Notes: generated from the sequence alone by a model not told the origin. A DNA stretch of 64,000 nucleotides from an uncultured Gammaproteobacteria bacterium (GCA_964532925.1 CAZHIP010000001.1:11227-75226); one strand, 5' to 3'. Positions 19,440-28,570 are shown, counted from the first letter of the stretch. Made by a program: numbers and translations.

Positions 19440-20510
19440 TTATGTATTGATTTCGGGCAAGACAGGCGCTTCTTTTGTTGGCCACAGCTCAGTTCCCGGG
19501 AAGGCGATTACTTCGTCGATGGTTTTTGAGTCGGTGAGGAGCATAACAAGGCGGTCAATGCCAAATGCGATGCCGGTTGATTGAGGCATGTTGCCAACTG
19601 CGTCGAGGAAGTCTTCATCCAAAGGAATAATGTCTTTGCCAAGCGAGCGGCGAAGCGCGTCTTCTTCGATAAATCGTTCTCGTTGCTCTTTGGCATCAGT
19701 GAGCTCGCTAAACCCATTCGCGAGTTCCAAGCCGCCAATATAAAGCTCCACGCGTTCGGCCCATTGTGGCTCATCAGCTTTTCTACGAGCAAGTGCCGCC
19801 ATCTGTGCGGGGTATTCGTAGAGCAATGTCGGGCGGTCTTTTCCAAGATTTGGTTCGATCTCCGTCAAAAAGATTTTGAAAAATAAATCGTCGTAGGTGT
19901 CTGTCGGGTTTACGGTATAGCCGCGCTTTTCGCAGAGGTCTTTCAAAAATGCATGGTCGGTAATGTGGCCTACTTCGTCTGCGGGAATTTTTGCATACTT
20001 CACCCACGCTTCACGCATCGTGATTCGTTCCCACGGTCGCGCCATGTCGATGGGTTTGCCTTGGTAGAAAATAGTGGTGCTGCCGCTGATCTTTGATGCA
20101 ATAGATGCAACCAATTTTTCGCAATCGTCCATGAGTGCATGGTAGCCAGACAATGTGCGATACCATTCGATCATGGTAAATTCTGCATTATGGCTACCGC
20201 CGCGTGGCTCGGATCCACGGAATGTTTTGGTAATCGTGAAGATGTTACCAAACCCCGCTGCGAGCAATTTTTTCATCGCATATTCGGGTGACGTGATGAG
20301 GTATGCGGGGTAGAGTTTGTCTGCCTCATCGGTAAACAAGGTAGTCAGTGGATCAAGATGTGGTTCTTGGCCGGCTGCCGGGACGACGATGGGTGTTTCG
20401 ACTTCAAGGAATCCGTTGTGCGTAAAGAACGAACGGATCAAAGCAAGAACCTCCGCGCGAATGCGGAGGTTTTCTTGTAGGCGTTCGCTTTTGAGGCGTG
20501 TCCAGGACAT
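19440..20510 (-). CDS. epmA: EF-P-lysine lysyltransferase (EpmA/PoxA/GenX-type class II LysRS paralogue)
   Basis: Class II aaRS catalytic core beginning directly at motif 1 (LEVETPIV) with no OB anticodon-binding domain; 356 aa. Start abuts the rpsR stop and lies immediately upstream of efp. Confidence 0.8.
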   Translation of the reverse strand: MSWTRLKSERLQENLRIRAEVLALIRSFFTHNGFLEVETPIVVPAAGQEPHLDPLTTLFTDEADKLYPAYLITSPEYAMKKLLAAGFGNIFTITKTFRGSEPRGGSHNAEFTMIEWYRTLSGYHALMDDCEKLVASIASKISGSTTIFYQGKPIDMARPWERITMREAWVKYAKIPADEVGHITDHAFLKDLCEKRGYTVNPTDTYDDLFFKIFLTEIEPNLGKDRPTLLYEYPAQMAALARRKADEPQWAERVELYIGGLELANGFSELTDAKEQRERFIEEDALRRSLGKDIIPLDEDFLDAVGNMPQSTGIAFGIDRLVMLLTDSKTIDEVIAFPGTELWPTKEAPVLPEINT

Positions 20511-20511
20511 G

Positions 20512-20748
20512 TTATTCCGGGATGTACGGCATCAAAGCCATGGTGCGGGCGCGTTTGATGGCGCGGGCGACTTGGCGTTGGTGCGTGGCACAAAGACCCG
20601 AGCGGCGGCGCGGTGCAATCTTCATGTAGGAAGAAATGAATCGTGAGAGTGTGCCAGTATCTTTCCAGTCCACTGCGGAGTCTTTCGTGACGCAGAAGTA
20701 GCACTGTTTTACTTCAACTTTTTTTGCTTGTGTTTGAGACTGTTGCAT
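20512..20748 (-). CDS. rpsR: 30S ribosomal protein S18
   Basis: CYFC...DYKD-like S18 core segment; 78 aa. Confidence 0.9.
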   Translation of the reverse strand: MQQSQTQAKKVEVKQCYFCVTKDSAVDWKDTGTLSRFISSYMKIAPRRRSGLCATHQRQVARAIKRARTMALMPYIPE

Positions 20749-20773
20749 ATACGTTTAATGGGAGTGTGTAGTT

Positions 20774-21235
20774 TTAAAATGGAATGGCCTCGATCTTGAT
20801 GCCCTCGTCACCGTTCTCGTCTGCAGGTGGAACATGTTGAGACTCAAAGCTTGGTGGCGTGCTCGATGAGCCAGCGGGGCGAGGTGTGCCAGCGGCTCCT
20901 GCACCAGGTGCGCGGTCCAAGATCTGGAGGTTTTCTGCAATGATCTCCGTGCGGCTACGCTTCACGGCGTCTTGCCCTTCCCATTCGCGAGTTTGGAGAC
21001 GGCCTTCAACAAAGACTTTGCGGCCTTTGGCAAGATATTGGCCAGCGATTTCTGCTAAACGACCCCAGGCAACAACACTGTGATATTCAACTTGCTCTTG
21101 CTTCACCCCTTTTTGGTCGTTCCAGACGCGGTTGGTTGCAACACCAAACGAGCAGACATTTTGACCAGAGGTGGTCGTGCGCAATTCCGGGTCGCGAGTT
21201 AGGTTTCCGAGGATGAGTACCTTGTTGAGGCTCAT
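20774..21235 (-). CDS. ssb: single-stranded DNA-binding protein
   Basis: OB-fold N-terminal region, Gly/Pro-rich linker and acidic C-terminal tail ending IPF. Confidence 0.9.
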   Translation of the reverse strand: MSLNKVLILGNLTRDPELRTTTSGQNVCSFGVATNRVWNDQKGVKQEQVEYHSVVAWGRLAEIAGQYLAKGRKVFVEGRLQTREWEGQDAVKRSRTEIIAENLQILDRAPGAGAAGTPRPAGSSSTPPSFESQHVPPADENGDEGIKIEAIPF

Positions 21236-21241
21236 ACGTGG

Positions 21242-21796
21242 TTAGTTCGACTTACCCAAGATCTCTCCCAGGCGCTTGTCGAGGTCTTCTAGAGTTGCCT
21301 TGTCTTCAACTTTTTCTTCTGCAGGGGCAGCTGCTTCGGCTGACTTTTCTTCGGTCATCAGATCTTCGCGCTTGGTCCATCCCTTTGCTGTCTTTTCTGT
21401 GGACATGGCGCCAACTGGTGCAGCGGCGGCTTTTGCACCTTCCTGCGCGCTCAACGCATCAATGTGCGGACGCAGCATTTCTGGCATGAGGGAGAGATCG
21501 CGAGTGATTGCCTTCACGTTCCCTGGAATTACGGAGAAGCGGATGAAGAAGTACACGCCCTGTTGTGTTTTGCGGATTGGATATGCAAAGCGAGCACGCA
21601 TCGGAGCGGCTTCGGACTTTATTGCTGCATCATGAGCAGCAAAAATCTTTTTAACACGTTCGAGAAAATCGGCAATTTCGGTATCGGAGAGGTTTGTGGA
21701 GATGGCGGTCAGCTCGTAGGGGCGAACATCGGCGTGTTTATCATGGAATTGAACCAACTCGGCGAGGGCTTCTTGGTGTACAGATGCTTTTTTCAT
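21242..21796 (-). CDS. rpsF: 30S ribosomal protein S6 with a long Ala/Glu/Lys-rich C-terminal extension
   Basis: S6-like N-terminal fold (YELTAI...) in the classic rpsF-ssb-rpsR order; 184 aa. Confidence 0.7.
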   Translation of the reverse strand: MKKASVHQEALAELVQFHDKHADVRPYELTAISTNLSDTEIADFLERVKKIFAAHDAAIKSEAAPMRARFAYPIRKTQQGVYFFIRFSVIPGNVKAITRDLSLMPEMLRPHIDALSAQEGAKAAAAPVGAMSTEKTAKGWTKREDLMTEEKSAEAAAPAEEKVEDKATLEDLDKRLGEILGKSN

Positions 21797-21962
21797 GGTT
21801 GTATGGTACCCGTGTGTACTCGTCTTAGGGCGAGGACAACCTTACGTAGGTAAGGCATGGACGGGGTAACTTAATGGGCTGATTCTAGCCTTAAAAGGCC
21901 ACGGCTGTCAACCCTTTTGACCGATACGGGTTTTTGTGATATACATAGTCGTCTGACCCTTT

Positions 21963-23174
21963 ATGAAAACGTACCCTTATTTCTTCGTCTTAGGCCGTAA
22001 TCCAGCGCTTTCTTTAGCGGAAATTTTGGCTGCCTTCCCGGGAAGCCATGTTGCTCAATTGGGCAAAGAGGTCGTCATTATTGAGGCACTTGAGCCAATT
22101 ACCATAGAAATGGCTCGAAAACTCGGTGGTACAGTCAAATACGGCACGATTATTGGTACTGCAGCCGGTGCCGAGGAGATTTTGGAAGGCTGCGAGAAAA
22201 TCGTGTCTGAGCTCAAAGAAGAGCGCAAGATCTTTGGATTGAGCATTTATCCGGTTTTTGGCGCTGATATGCGCGTAAAAGCCTATGAAAAGCTCGGGTT
22301 TACCCTCAAACGCCGCATTAAAGATGCTGGTGGATCTGGCCGCTTGGTTACAGCAAAAACCCCTACATTGTCGGCAGTAGTTGTCGAAAAGAACCACTTA
22401 CTCACCCGTGGTGCAGAAATCGTCCTTATTCCAACACTCAACAACGTCCATGTGGGTAAAACTCTGGCCGTCCAAGAGTTCGAGGCCCAGTCACACCGCG
22501 ACTTCGGCCGCCCTGAACGCCGTATGGATGTTGGTATGGTGCCGGTCCAGCTTGCCAAGATCATGATCAACCTCGCGCACCCAAAAGTGAGCGACAATAT
22601 CCTTGACCCATTCTGTGGACTCGGCACTATTTTGTCCGAAGCCGTTGCCATGGGGTTTCATAACATAATTGGCACTGACAAAGAAGAAGCAATGGTCGAC
22701 GCGACCGAGAAAAATTTGGCGTGGCTCACTTCACAAAAGGGGATCCAAGCAGATTTGGTAGACTTGCAACTCTTTGCGTCGCCAGTAGAACACATTTCCG
22801 AACGTCTTGGTCGCAACACCGTGAATGCGGTGATCACCGAGCCATACTTGGGGCCAATCAAAGCCAGCGAACAAGGAGATTACCCAGTCGAAGACCTCAC
22901 CCAGCTCTACATTCGTGCGTTTGAACAGCTGTCGATTCTTGTTCACTCTGGTGGTCGCGTAGTCTTTATCTTCCCGGCGGTCAAAACTGGACACGCGCTC
23001 GTTAAGACATCAGAAGGCGCACTGCCAGAAATCAAAAAGATGGGTTTCAAGGCTGTGCCACTCTTACCAGAAGCATTGTTTCCAAAATTCAATTTGAAAA
23101 ACTCCTACTCCATTGTCTACTCTCGTCCAGAACAAAAAGTTATCCGCGAAATTCTGGTGTTCGAAAAGCGATAA
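21963..23174 (+). CDS. THUMP-like domain plus class I SAM-dependent RNA methyltransferase (m2G/m6A amino-MTase family)
   Basis: Motif I DPFCGLGTILSEAV and an NPPY-like TEPY segment after an N-terminal domain of about 180 aa. Confidence 0.5.
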   Translation: MKTYPYFFVLGRNPALSLAEILAAFPGSHVAQLGKEVVIIEALEPITIEMARKLGGTVKYGTIIGTAAGAEEILEGCEKIVSELKEERKIFGLSIYPVFGADMRVKAYEKLGFTLKRRIKDAGGSGRLVTAKTPTLSAVVVEKNHLLTRGAEIVLIPTLNNVHVGKTLAVQEFEAQSHRDFGRPERRMDVGMVPVQLAKIMINLAHPKVSDNILDPFCGLGTILSEAVAMGFHNIIGTDKEEAMVDATEKNLAWLTSQKGIQADLVDLQLFASPVEHISERLGRNTVNAVITEPYLGPIKASEQGDYPVEDLTQLYIRAFEQLSILVHSGGRVVFIFPAVKTGHALVKTSEGALPEIKKMGFKAVPLLPEALFPKFNLKNSYSIVYSRPEQKVIREILVFEKR

Positions 23175-23220
23175 GAGCCGGTGTCATCCCCGACTTGATC
23201 GAAAATTCATCTCCACTCAG

Positions 23221-23248
23221 AAAAACCCCGCTACTCAGCGGGGTTTTT
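23221..23248 (+). terminator. Rho-independent terminator
   Basis: aaaaaccccgctactcagcggggttttt. Confidence 0.6.
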
Positions 23249-23282
23249 GATGTATTGCACCGTCGGGTCCACACCAAAAATA

Positions 23283-23310
23283 AAAACGCTCCCGGGCGGG
23301 AGTTCTTTTG
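23283..23310. terminator. terminator downstream of tRNA-Ile (minus strand), bidirectional
   Basis: gctcccgggcgggag hairpin with T-runs on both strands. Confidence 0.5.
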
Positions 23311-23392
23311 TGTCAGCCAGGATTGTCCGTGATGTAACGGATACCCACCTCTGGTAAAAATGTATCAAGAAAATGGTGGTTAGTTAATCAAA

Positions 23393-23464
23393 TGCGCCTG
23401 CTTGGATTCGAACCAAGAACCAGTCGTGTATAAGACGACTGCTCTGCCGTTGAGCTACAGGCGC
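23393..23464 (-). tRNA. tRNA-Ile (anticodon UAU, predicted AUA decoder); no encoded CCA
   Basis: Reverse complement GCGCCTG-TA-GCTC-AACGGCA-GAGC-A-GTCGT-CTTATAC-ACGAC-TGGTT-CTTGG-TTCGAAT-CCAAG-CAGGCGC-A is a canonical 72-nt cloverleaf with anticodon loop CTTATAC. Confidence 0.8.
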
Positions 23465-23554
23465 GTAATTTCACTGCCTGTATACTACCGCCCCAACTCA
23501 GAAACTTCAATATTATTGCGTTTTAAGGCAAAAAATAGTACGCTTGAAGCTTAT

Positions 23555-25117
23555 ATGAGCACAAAACTACCGCTATTTCTCACAAACCTTGAAGAGCGCC
23601 TCCGTGCGCCAGAGTTTGTATTTATCGCCACTCTTTTGGAGGCGTTTCCAGTCGCCCAGGTTTATTTGGTTGGGGGAGCTGTCCGTGATGCAGCACTTGC
23701 TCGTGAGAGCAAAGACTATGACTTTGTGGTGACTGGTGTTCCGGCCGAAGAGCTCCAGCGCTTTTTGGCTTCTATTGGAATTGTGAACTTTGTCGGTCGC
23801 GTTTTTGGTGTGTTGAAGTTTGTTCCAGATGCGGCATACGACCAAGTGAAGGTGCAAGGCCTCGAACCATTTGATATTGCTTTGCCGCGCACCGAAGTCC
23901 CTGCGGGTACTGGCGGCTACCGCGACGTCGAAGTGCAGTCAGATCACACTATGCGGATTGAAGACGATCTGGGTCGCCGTGACTTTACGGTGAACGCCAT
24001 GGCAGTGAAACTTCTTACGGCAGGTGGGCGTGTGGTGGTCGAAGAGCTGGTTGACCCATTTGGTGGACTCAACGACCTCGAGAAGAAGCTTATTCGTGCA
24101 GTCGGAGAGGCCGAGACGCGTTTCCAAGAAGACTACACCCGCATGCTCCGCGCACTTCGGCTGGCGGTGCAGCTTGGTTTCAAAATTGAACCCGTAACAC
24201 ACGGCGCGATCGAAAAACTCATCGGTCATATCGACGACATGCGCGACGGCGTGCACTTGGTGCCGCGTGAAACCATTGCGAAAGAACTCATCCGTGCGTA
24301 TGTAGCCAAACCACTAGCGGCATTCGATCTCGCCGAAGAGCTCGGCATTCATCGCGTGCTGTTTCCTGAATTCGCGGCGATGAAAACTTGTCCGCAGCCA
24401 CATGAATGGCATGCTGAAGGTGATGTGTTCACGCACACACGACTCGCGATGACTCACCTGGGCTCAAAAGAGTTCGCAGAATTTTTTGGTGATGCAGAAT
24501 GGGACGCGCTTTTGGTTTTTGCGGTACTTTTGCATGACATTGGTAAGCCACCAACACTCAAAACGCCAGAGAAAGACGGAACTGACCGTGTCCGCTTCGA
24601 TGGCCACGACGAAGTTGGTGCAAAAATGGTTGGCGTGATTGCTGATCGTCTTAAGTTGTCCTCCATGCCCGAAGGTTCGCGCTATCACATCAACCGCGAT
24701 CACCTCGTGTGGCTCGTGCGCAACCACCTCATCTCCATGAACCCTGCTGACGAAATGCGTTCAACTACGATTGAAAAATATTTTTACAATCCATTAGTCC
24801 CTGGCGAGCATTTACTGCGCCTCACGTTCTGCGACGGCTCGGCATCTTTGCCGGCAAATGGGGGAGCATCTGATTTGAACAATCTTCGTACCCTGGTCGA
24901 CCGCATGAAAAAGGTTGGCATCATGGCCGAGGCCAAGAAGCGTCTGCCAAAACCACTCATCGACGGCATTGTGGTTATGGAAACACTCAATCTGCCACCC
25001 TCGAAGACCATCGGCGACATCCTGAAAGTCCTTCGCGAGGAGCAACTTCTGGGAAACCTGAAGACTCCAGAGGAAGCCATCGAATACTTGCAGAAGGAAT
25101 ACAAAAAAGAGCCCTAG
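23555..25117 (+). CDS. cca: CCA-adding tRNA nucleotidyltransferase with C-terminal HD domain
   Basis: GGAVRD, DLGRRDFTVNAMAV (class II nucleotidyltransferase head) and the HD motif LLHDIGKP. Start moved to the ATG at 23555 so the CDS clears the tRNA. Confidence 0.8.
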   Translation: MSTKLPLFLTNLEERLRAPEFVFIATLLEAFPVAQVYLVGGAVRDAALARESKDYDFVVTGVPAEELQRFLASIGIVNFVGRVFGVLKFVPDAAYDQVKVQGLEPFDIALPRTEVPAGTGGYRDVEVQSDHTMRIEDDLGRRDFTVNAMAVKLLTAGGRVVVEELVDPFGGLNDLEKKLIRAVGEAETRFQEDYTRMLRALRLAVQLGFKIEPVTHGAIEKLIGHIDDMRDGVHLVPRETIAKELIRAYVAKPLAAFDLAEELGIHRVLFPEFAAMKTCPQPHEWHAEGDVFTHTRLAMTHLGSKEFAEFFGDAEWDALLVFAVLLHDIGKPPTLKTPEKDGTDRVRFDGHDEVGAKMVGVIADRLKLSSMPEGSRYHINRDHLVWLVRNHLISMNPADEMRSTTIEKYFYNPLVPGEHLLRLTFCDGSASLPANGGASDLNNLRTLVDRMKKVGIMAEAKKRLPKPLIDGIVVMETLNLPPSKTIGDILKVLREEQLLGNLKTPEEAIEYLQKEYKKEP

Positions 25118-25131
25118 ACTGGGCTCTTTTG
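25105..25131 (+). terminator. Rho-independent terminator after cca
   Basis: agagccctagactgggctct followed by tttt. Confidence 0.55.
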
Positions 25132-25240
25132 ATTATGAAAGAGGCATCATTAATTGACCATAAGAGAAAACAATGGTACCAATAAGCGTTGTTCTTTTTA
25201 TCGGGCTTCAGATAACAACCAACAGCCAAGGAGAATTCTG

Positions 25241-25843
25241 ATGGTACAGGAGATTCGAATTGAGATGCGCATGAGGAACAACATCCTCTATCGCGCGATT
25301 TTCGATAAATGGCCATCGGTTCAGGTTTTCTGTAGGAAATATGAGCTTGATGCGGGAGTAGTTGGTAAACTCTTGAATTTGAAGTGTTCGCCGCTTAACA
25401 AACACGGTGAGTTCCGGTCGATTTGTAAGCGGCTAGCAGCAATCTTCTTCATGGAGTGTCAGGAGCTCTTTCCGTTGCATCTTTATACTGGGCAGAATCC
25501 GCAGGTAGCCATTGAGGTTTCGTTCGCGGAGCTGCCTCGCGGTACCGCAACGTTACTTCAGATTCCTGCGCCCATGACGGTAGAGGATGAGCTTGATCGT
25601 GCGGAATGTGCGCAGGCTATCGAAGATATACTCAAGACGTTGACGCTACGACAACGGCAAGTCTTACATTTGCGTTTTGGTCTTGAGGATGGCCAAGAGC
25701 GGACACTGAAAGAGGTCGGCGATGTTTTGCGGCTGACTCCGGAGCGTGTTCGTCAGATTGAAGCAAGTGGATTGCGTCGCTTGCGTCATCCCGTCCGCCG
25801 GGACATCCTTCGGGAGTTCGCTGGCCTGAAGGAGGACGAGTAG
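25241..25843 (+). CDS. protein with only a sigma-70 region 4 domain (RpoD C-terminus-like HTH), 200 aa
   Basis: C-terminal LTLRQRQVLHLRFGLEDGQERTLKEVGDVLRLTPERVRQIEASGLRRLRHP closely parallels primary-sigma region 4.2. There is no region 2. ATG at 25241 preceded by AAGGAGA. Confidence 0.55.
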   Translation: MVQEIRIEMRMRNNILYRAIFDKWPSVQVFCRKYELDAGVVGKLLNLKCSPLNKHGEFRSICKRLAAIFFMECQELFPLHLYTGQNPQVAIEVSFAELPRGTATLLQIPAPMTVEDELDRAECAQAIEDILKTLTLRQRQVLHLRFGLEDGQERTLKEVGDVLRLTPERVRQIEASGLRRLRHPVRRDILREFAGLKEDE

Positions 25844-25856
25844 TTTATTGGCCCCT

Positions 25857-25905
25857 TGGCCCAAGGTGCGCGCTCCGTTGCCGCATCTTGGGCCTTTTCT
25901 TTTTA
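25857..25905 (+). terminator. Rho-independent terminator
   Basis: gcccaaggtg...catcttgggc stem followed by cttttcttttt. Confidence 0.5.
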
Positions 25906-25914
25906 AAATTAGCC

Positions 25915-25943
25915 TTGACACAAGGCCGATTTCTGGGTATATT
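25915..25943 (+). promoter_or_regulatory. sigma-70-type promoter upstream of rluD
   Basis: TTGACA, 17-nt spacer, TATATT. Confidence 0.5.
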
Positions 25944-26029
25944 TGAGCGTACTTTGCAAGGATTTCGCTTCCAGGCCTGGATGTACCGGGCCTTTTCATT
26001 TATTCAAATTCACGGTTTAATACACTACT

Positions 26030-26926
26030 ATGATTCTCAACATTACCCCCGAGGAAGCCGGAGAGCGCTTGGACAAGTTTGTCCTTAAGCATTTCCCCGC
26101 ATTTTCACGTTCTCACATTCAGGCGGCCATCAAAAAAGGCGACATTAAAGTTAGCGGTAAAAAAGTAGCACCAAAACACCCGGTTGCGATCGGGGAGACC
26201 ATCAATGTCGAGATGGAAGCACCCACCAAACTCGTTGCCGAACCAAACAAGCTGATCGAAGTGCCGATTATCTTTAAGTGTGTGGATTATCTCGTCGTAA
26301 ATAAACCGTCTGGTATGGTGGTGCACCAAGGTGACGGACATGGCAGTGCAGATACACTCGTAAATGGGCTTTTGGCTCGCTACAAAGAAATCCGCGAGGT
26401 TGGCCCTGACCCCATTCGCCCAGGTATTGTGCATCGCTTGGACCGCGGCGTTTCTGGCGTTATGGTTGTTGCTCGCACACCAGAAATGTATGACTCATTG
26501 GTGAAGCAGTTTTCTGAACACACGGTGTACAAAGAATATGCAGCCGTGGTTGTTCGCACACCAAGTGCGCCAAACGGTATTATTACCGCTCCAGTTGGCC
26601 GCGCAGAAAACGGTGCTGCGACCATCGACGAAGATGGCAAAGAGGCAATTACTGAATACGAAGTTTTGAAATCATGGAATAGCTGTTCACTATTAAAGAT
26701 TGTGACGAAGACCGGCCGCATGCACCAAATCCGCGTGCACATGAACCACATTGGTCACCCGATTATGGGAGAAGAGTGGTATGGCAACCAAGCGCCAAAG
26801 GCAGGCAGCAAAGTAAATGCAAAAGAAAGCCGCCTCATGCTCCACGCCCGCAAACTCGGATTTACGAACTTGAAGGGCGATCACGTTGAATACGAAGCAG
26901 AGTTGCCAGAAGAGTTTGATCGATAA
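26030..26926 (+). CDS. rluD: RluA-family 23S rRNA pseudouridine synthase (RluD-like)
   Basis: N-terminal S4 domain; catalytic HRLDRGVSGVMVVAR; 298 aa. Confidence 0.85.
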   Translation: MILNITPEEAGERLDKFVLKHFPAFSRSHIQAAIKKGDIKVSGKKVAPKHPVAIGETINVEMEAPTKLVAEPNKLIEVPIIFKCVDYLVVNKPSGMVVHQGDGHGSADTLVNGLLARYKEIREVGPDPIRPGIVHRLDRGVSGVMVVARTPEMYDSLVKQFSEHTVYKEYAAVVVRTPSAPNGIITAPVGRAENGAATIDEDGKEAITEYEVLKSWNSCSLLKIVTKTGRMHQIRVHMNHIGHPIMGEEWYGNQAPKAGSKVNAKESRLMLHARKLGFTNLKGDHVEYEAELPEEFDR

Positions 26927-26935
26927 CCAATAGCC

Positions 26936-27511
26936 ATGCACCCCATTATCACCATTTCTGGTTCACCTGGTTCGGGGAAGTCTACCGTCGCAAAGCTGGT
27001 CGAAGAAAAGCTCGGCTTTGTTCGGTTGAATGCAGGAGACCTCTTCCGCGCCATGGCAAAGGAGAAGGGTGTGACGGTGGAAGAGTTGGTGCGACAGGCG
27101 GTTGAAAAACCTTCGATCCATGCGGACTTTGATGTCTTCCTCATGAACAAGATCAAAGAGATGGCTACCGAGAAGCCTTTGATCTTTGAAGCCAGATTAG
27201 GTGGATTTCTTACCAAGAAGAACAGTATTCCCGCATTTCGAGTCTGGGTAGACGCGGGAATTGGCATCCGAGCCATGCGGGTTTCTGAGCGAGAGCGTAT
27301 CCTAGAAGACGAAGCAAAGCGGATACTAAAAGCCAGGGAAGCCGATGAGCAGGCAGGCTTTGAGAAGAGTGCTGGGGCAGACTTGCACGATGAGAGCATC
27401 TATGATATGGTTGTGCGCACTGATAGGCTCCGCCCAATTGAGGTCCGGAACCGCATAATTAAAGGTTTTCAAAGCTATGTACGAAGAAATCAAGCCGGGA
27501 ATGACCGTTAA
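26936..27511 (+). CDS. cmk: (d)CMP kinase-like nucleoside monophosphate kinase
   Basis: P-loop ITISGSPGSGKSTVAK with a cytidylate-kinase-like layout; 191 aa. Confidence 0.6.
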   Translation: MHPIITISGSPGSGKSTVAKLVEEKLGFVRLNAGDLFRAMAKEKGVTVEELVRQAVEKPSIHADFDVFLMNKIKEMATEKPLIFEARLGGFLTKKNSIPAFRVWVDAGIGIRAMRVSERERILEDEAKRILKAREADEQAGFEKSAGADLHDESIYDMVVRTDRLRPIEVRNRIIKGFQSYVRRNQAGNDR

Positions 27512-27812
27512 GGTCCACGAACGGCTCAAAGAAAAAGGAGCAAAAGGTGAAGAAAAGGAACGCATTCAAATTTTTGAAGGCATTATTTTGACATGCCGCA
27601 ATCGTGGTGTTGCTGGTGGAACCTTTACGGTTCGCAAGATCGGCGCCAATGATATCGGTGTCGAAAAGATCTACCCATTTGCCTCTCCGTCGATCGCCAA
27701 GGTTGAGATCGTGAAGCAAGCAAAGGTTCGTCGCGCAAAGTTGTACTTCCTCCGCGACTACGCCAAGCGCCTCAAAGATATCAAAAAGCCAGTCGTTGCC
27801 AAAAAGGCATAA
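27477..27812 (+). CDS. rplS: 50S ribosomal protein L19
   Basis: RIQIFEGIIL...TFTVRKIG...VEKIYPFASP...KVRRAKLYFLR matches the L19 core; overlaps the cmk 3' end in a different frame. Confidence 0.85.
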   Translation: MYEEIKPGMTVKVHERLKEKGAKGEEKERIQIFEGIILTCRNRGVAGGTFTVRKIGANDIGVEKIYPFASPSIAKVEIVKQAKVRRAKLYFLRDYAKRLKDIKKPVVAKKA

Positions 27813-27828
27813 CATCGAAAAAACAAAA

Positions 27829-27858
27829 ACACCTCGGGAAACCGGGGTGTTTTTTTAT
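27829..27858 (+). terminator. Rho-independent terminator after rplS
   Basis: acacctcgggaaaccggggtgt followed by ttttttt. Confidence 0.6.
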
Positions 27859-27869
27859 TCAGTGCTATA

Positions 27870-28517
27870 ATGAAAGTACTTAACCATTTTTTTATGAACA
27901 AGGAGAATCTGCAGTGGGCGGTGATTGGGGTCTTGGTCGTGGCGGTTGCGGCTGGCGGTACACTCGTCAAAACGCAGAATGAGGAAATCGGTCTTAAACT
28001 ACAGGAGTTAACGCAAGCGATAGATACCACGAATAGGAAACTTGAAAATGCAATAGTTCGATACGATGGTAAGTTAATATTAGAAGAACCAGCGATCTCA
28101 GCGCCAAATCGTTTTAATTTTAACGTGCATAAAGTAGGGGATGTTATTGCGGGATTGAAGATTATTTCCATTGAACCCGTCCCAGGTATCCAGTCTCCCT
28201 TTGGTTCTGAAAATTATCGTGTGGTTTTTTCGGGGCAAAAAACGTTTGATGTGTCATATTCATATGCAGACAGTGCGTTTGCTGGTCCAAGAGTGATTAT
28301 TTCACCCCTGAATCCAGATGATCTCCCAATGGAGGCCGGTGAGATCGGCGATGTTTTCTATCAGGTGCGTAATCTAGATGTATTCCGTAAGCTTGTGAAT
28401 AAAGAATATGGCGATGGTAAGGCTACAGTGGTTATGACTAATTTTGAGTTAAATCACGCTCCTGCGGAAGTTATGCCTCAGGCCGACCTGGTCCAGGTAA
28501 TTTCAAAATCGAAATAA
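27870..28517 (+). CDS. hypothetical membrane-anchored protein
   Basis: Single N-terminal TM helix then a soluble domain with no recognisable motif; the start may be the ATG at 27894. Confidence 0.4.
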   Translation: MKVLNHFFMNKENLQWAVIGVLVVAVAAGGTLVKTQNEEIGLKLQELTQAIDTTNRKLENAIVRYDGKLILEEPAISAPNRFNFNVHKVGDVIAGLKIISIEPVPGIQSPFGSENYRVVFSGQKTFDVSYSYADSAFAGPRVIISPLNPDDLPMEAGEIGDVFYQVRNLDVFRKLVNKEYGDGKATVVMTNFELNHAPAEVMPQADLVQVISKSK

Positions 28518-28524
28518 CCGTCTA

Positions 28525-28566
28525 ATAAAAAAAGACCCCCGATACGTATCGGGGGTCTTTTTTTAT
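28525..28566. terminator. bidirectional terminator between convergent genes
   Basis: aaaaaaa-gacccccgatacgtatcgggggtc-ttttttt. Confidence 0.65.
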
Positions 28567-28570
28567 ACTT

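Noticed and set aside
23402-23554. N-terminal 51 codons of the ORF-track version of cca
   Set aside because: This extension runs through the tRNA-Ile gene on the opposite strand. The conserved nucleotidyltransferase N-terminus begins just after the ATG at 23555.
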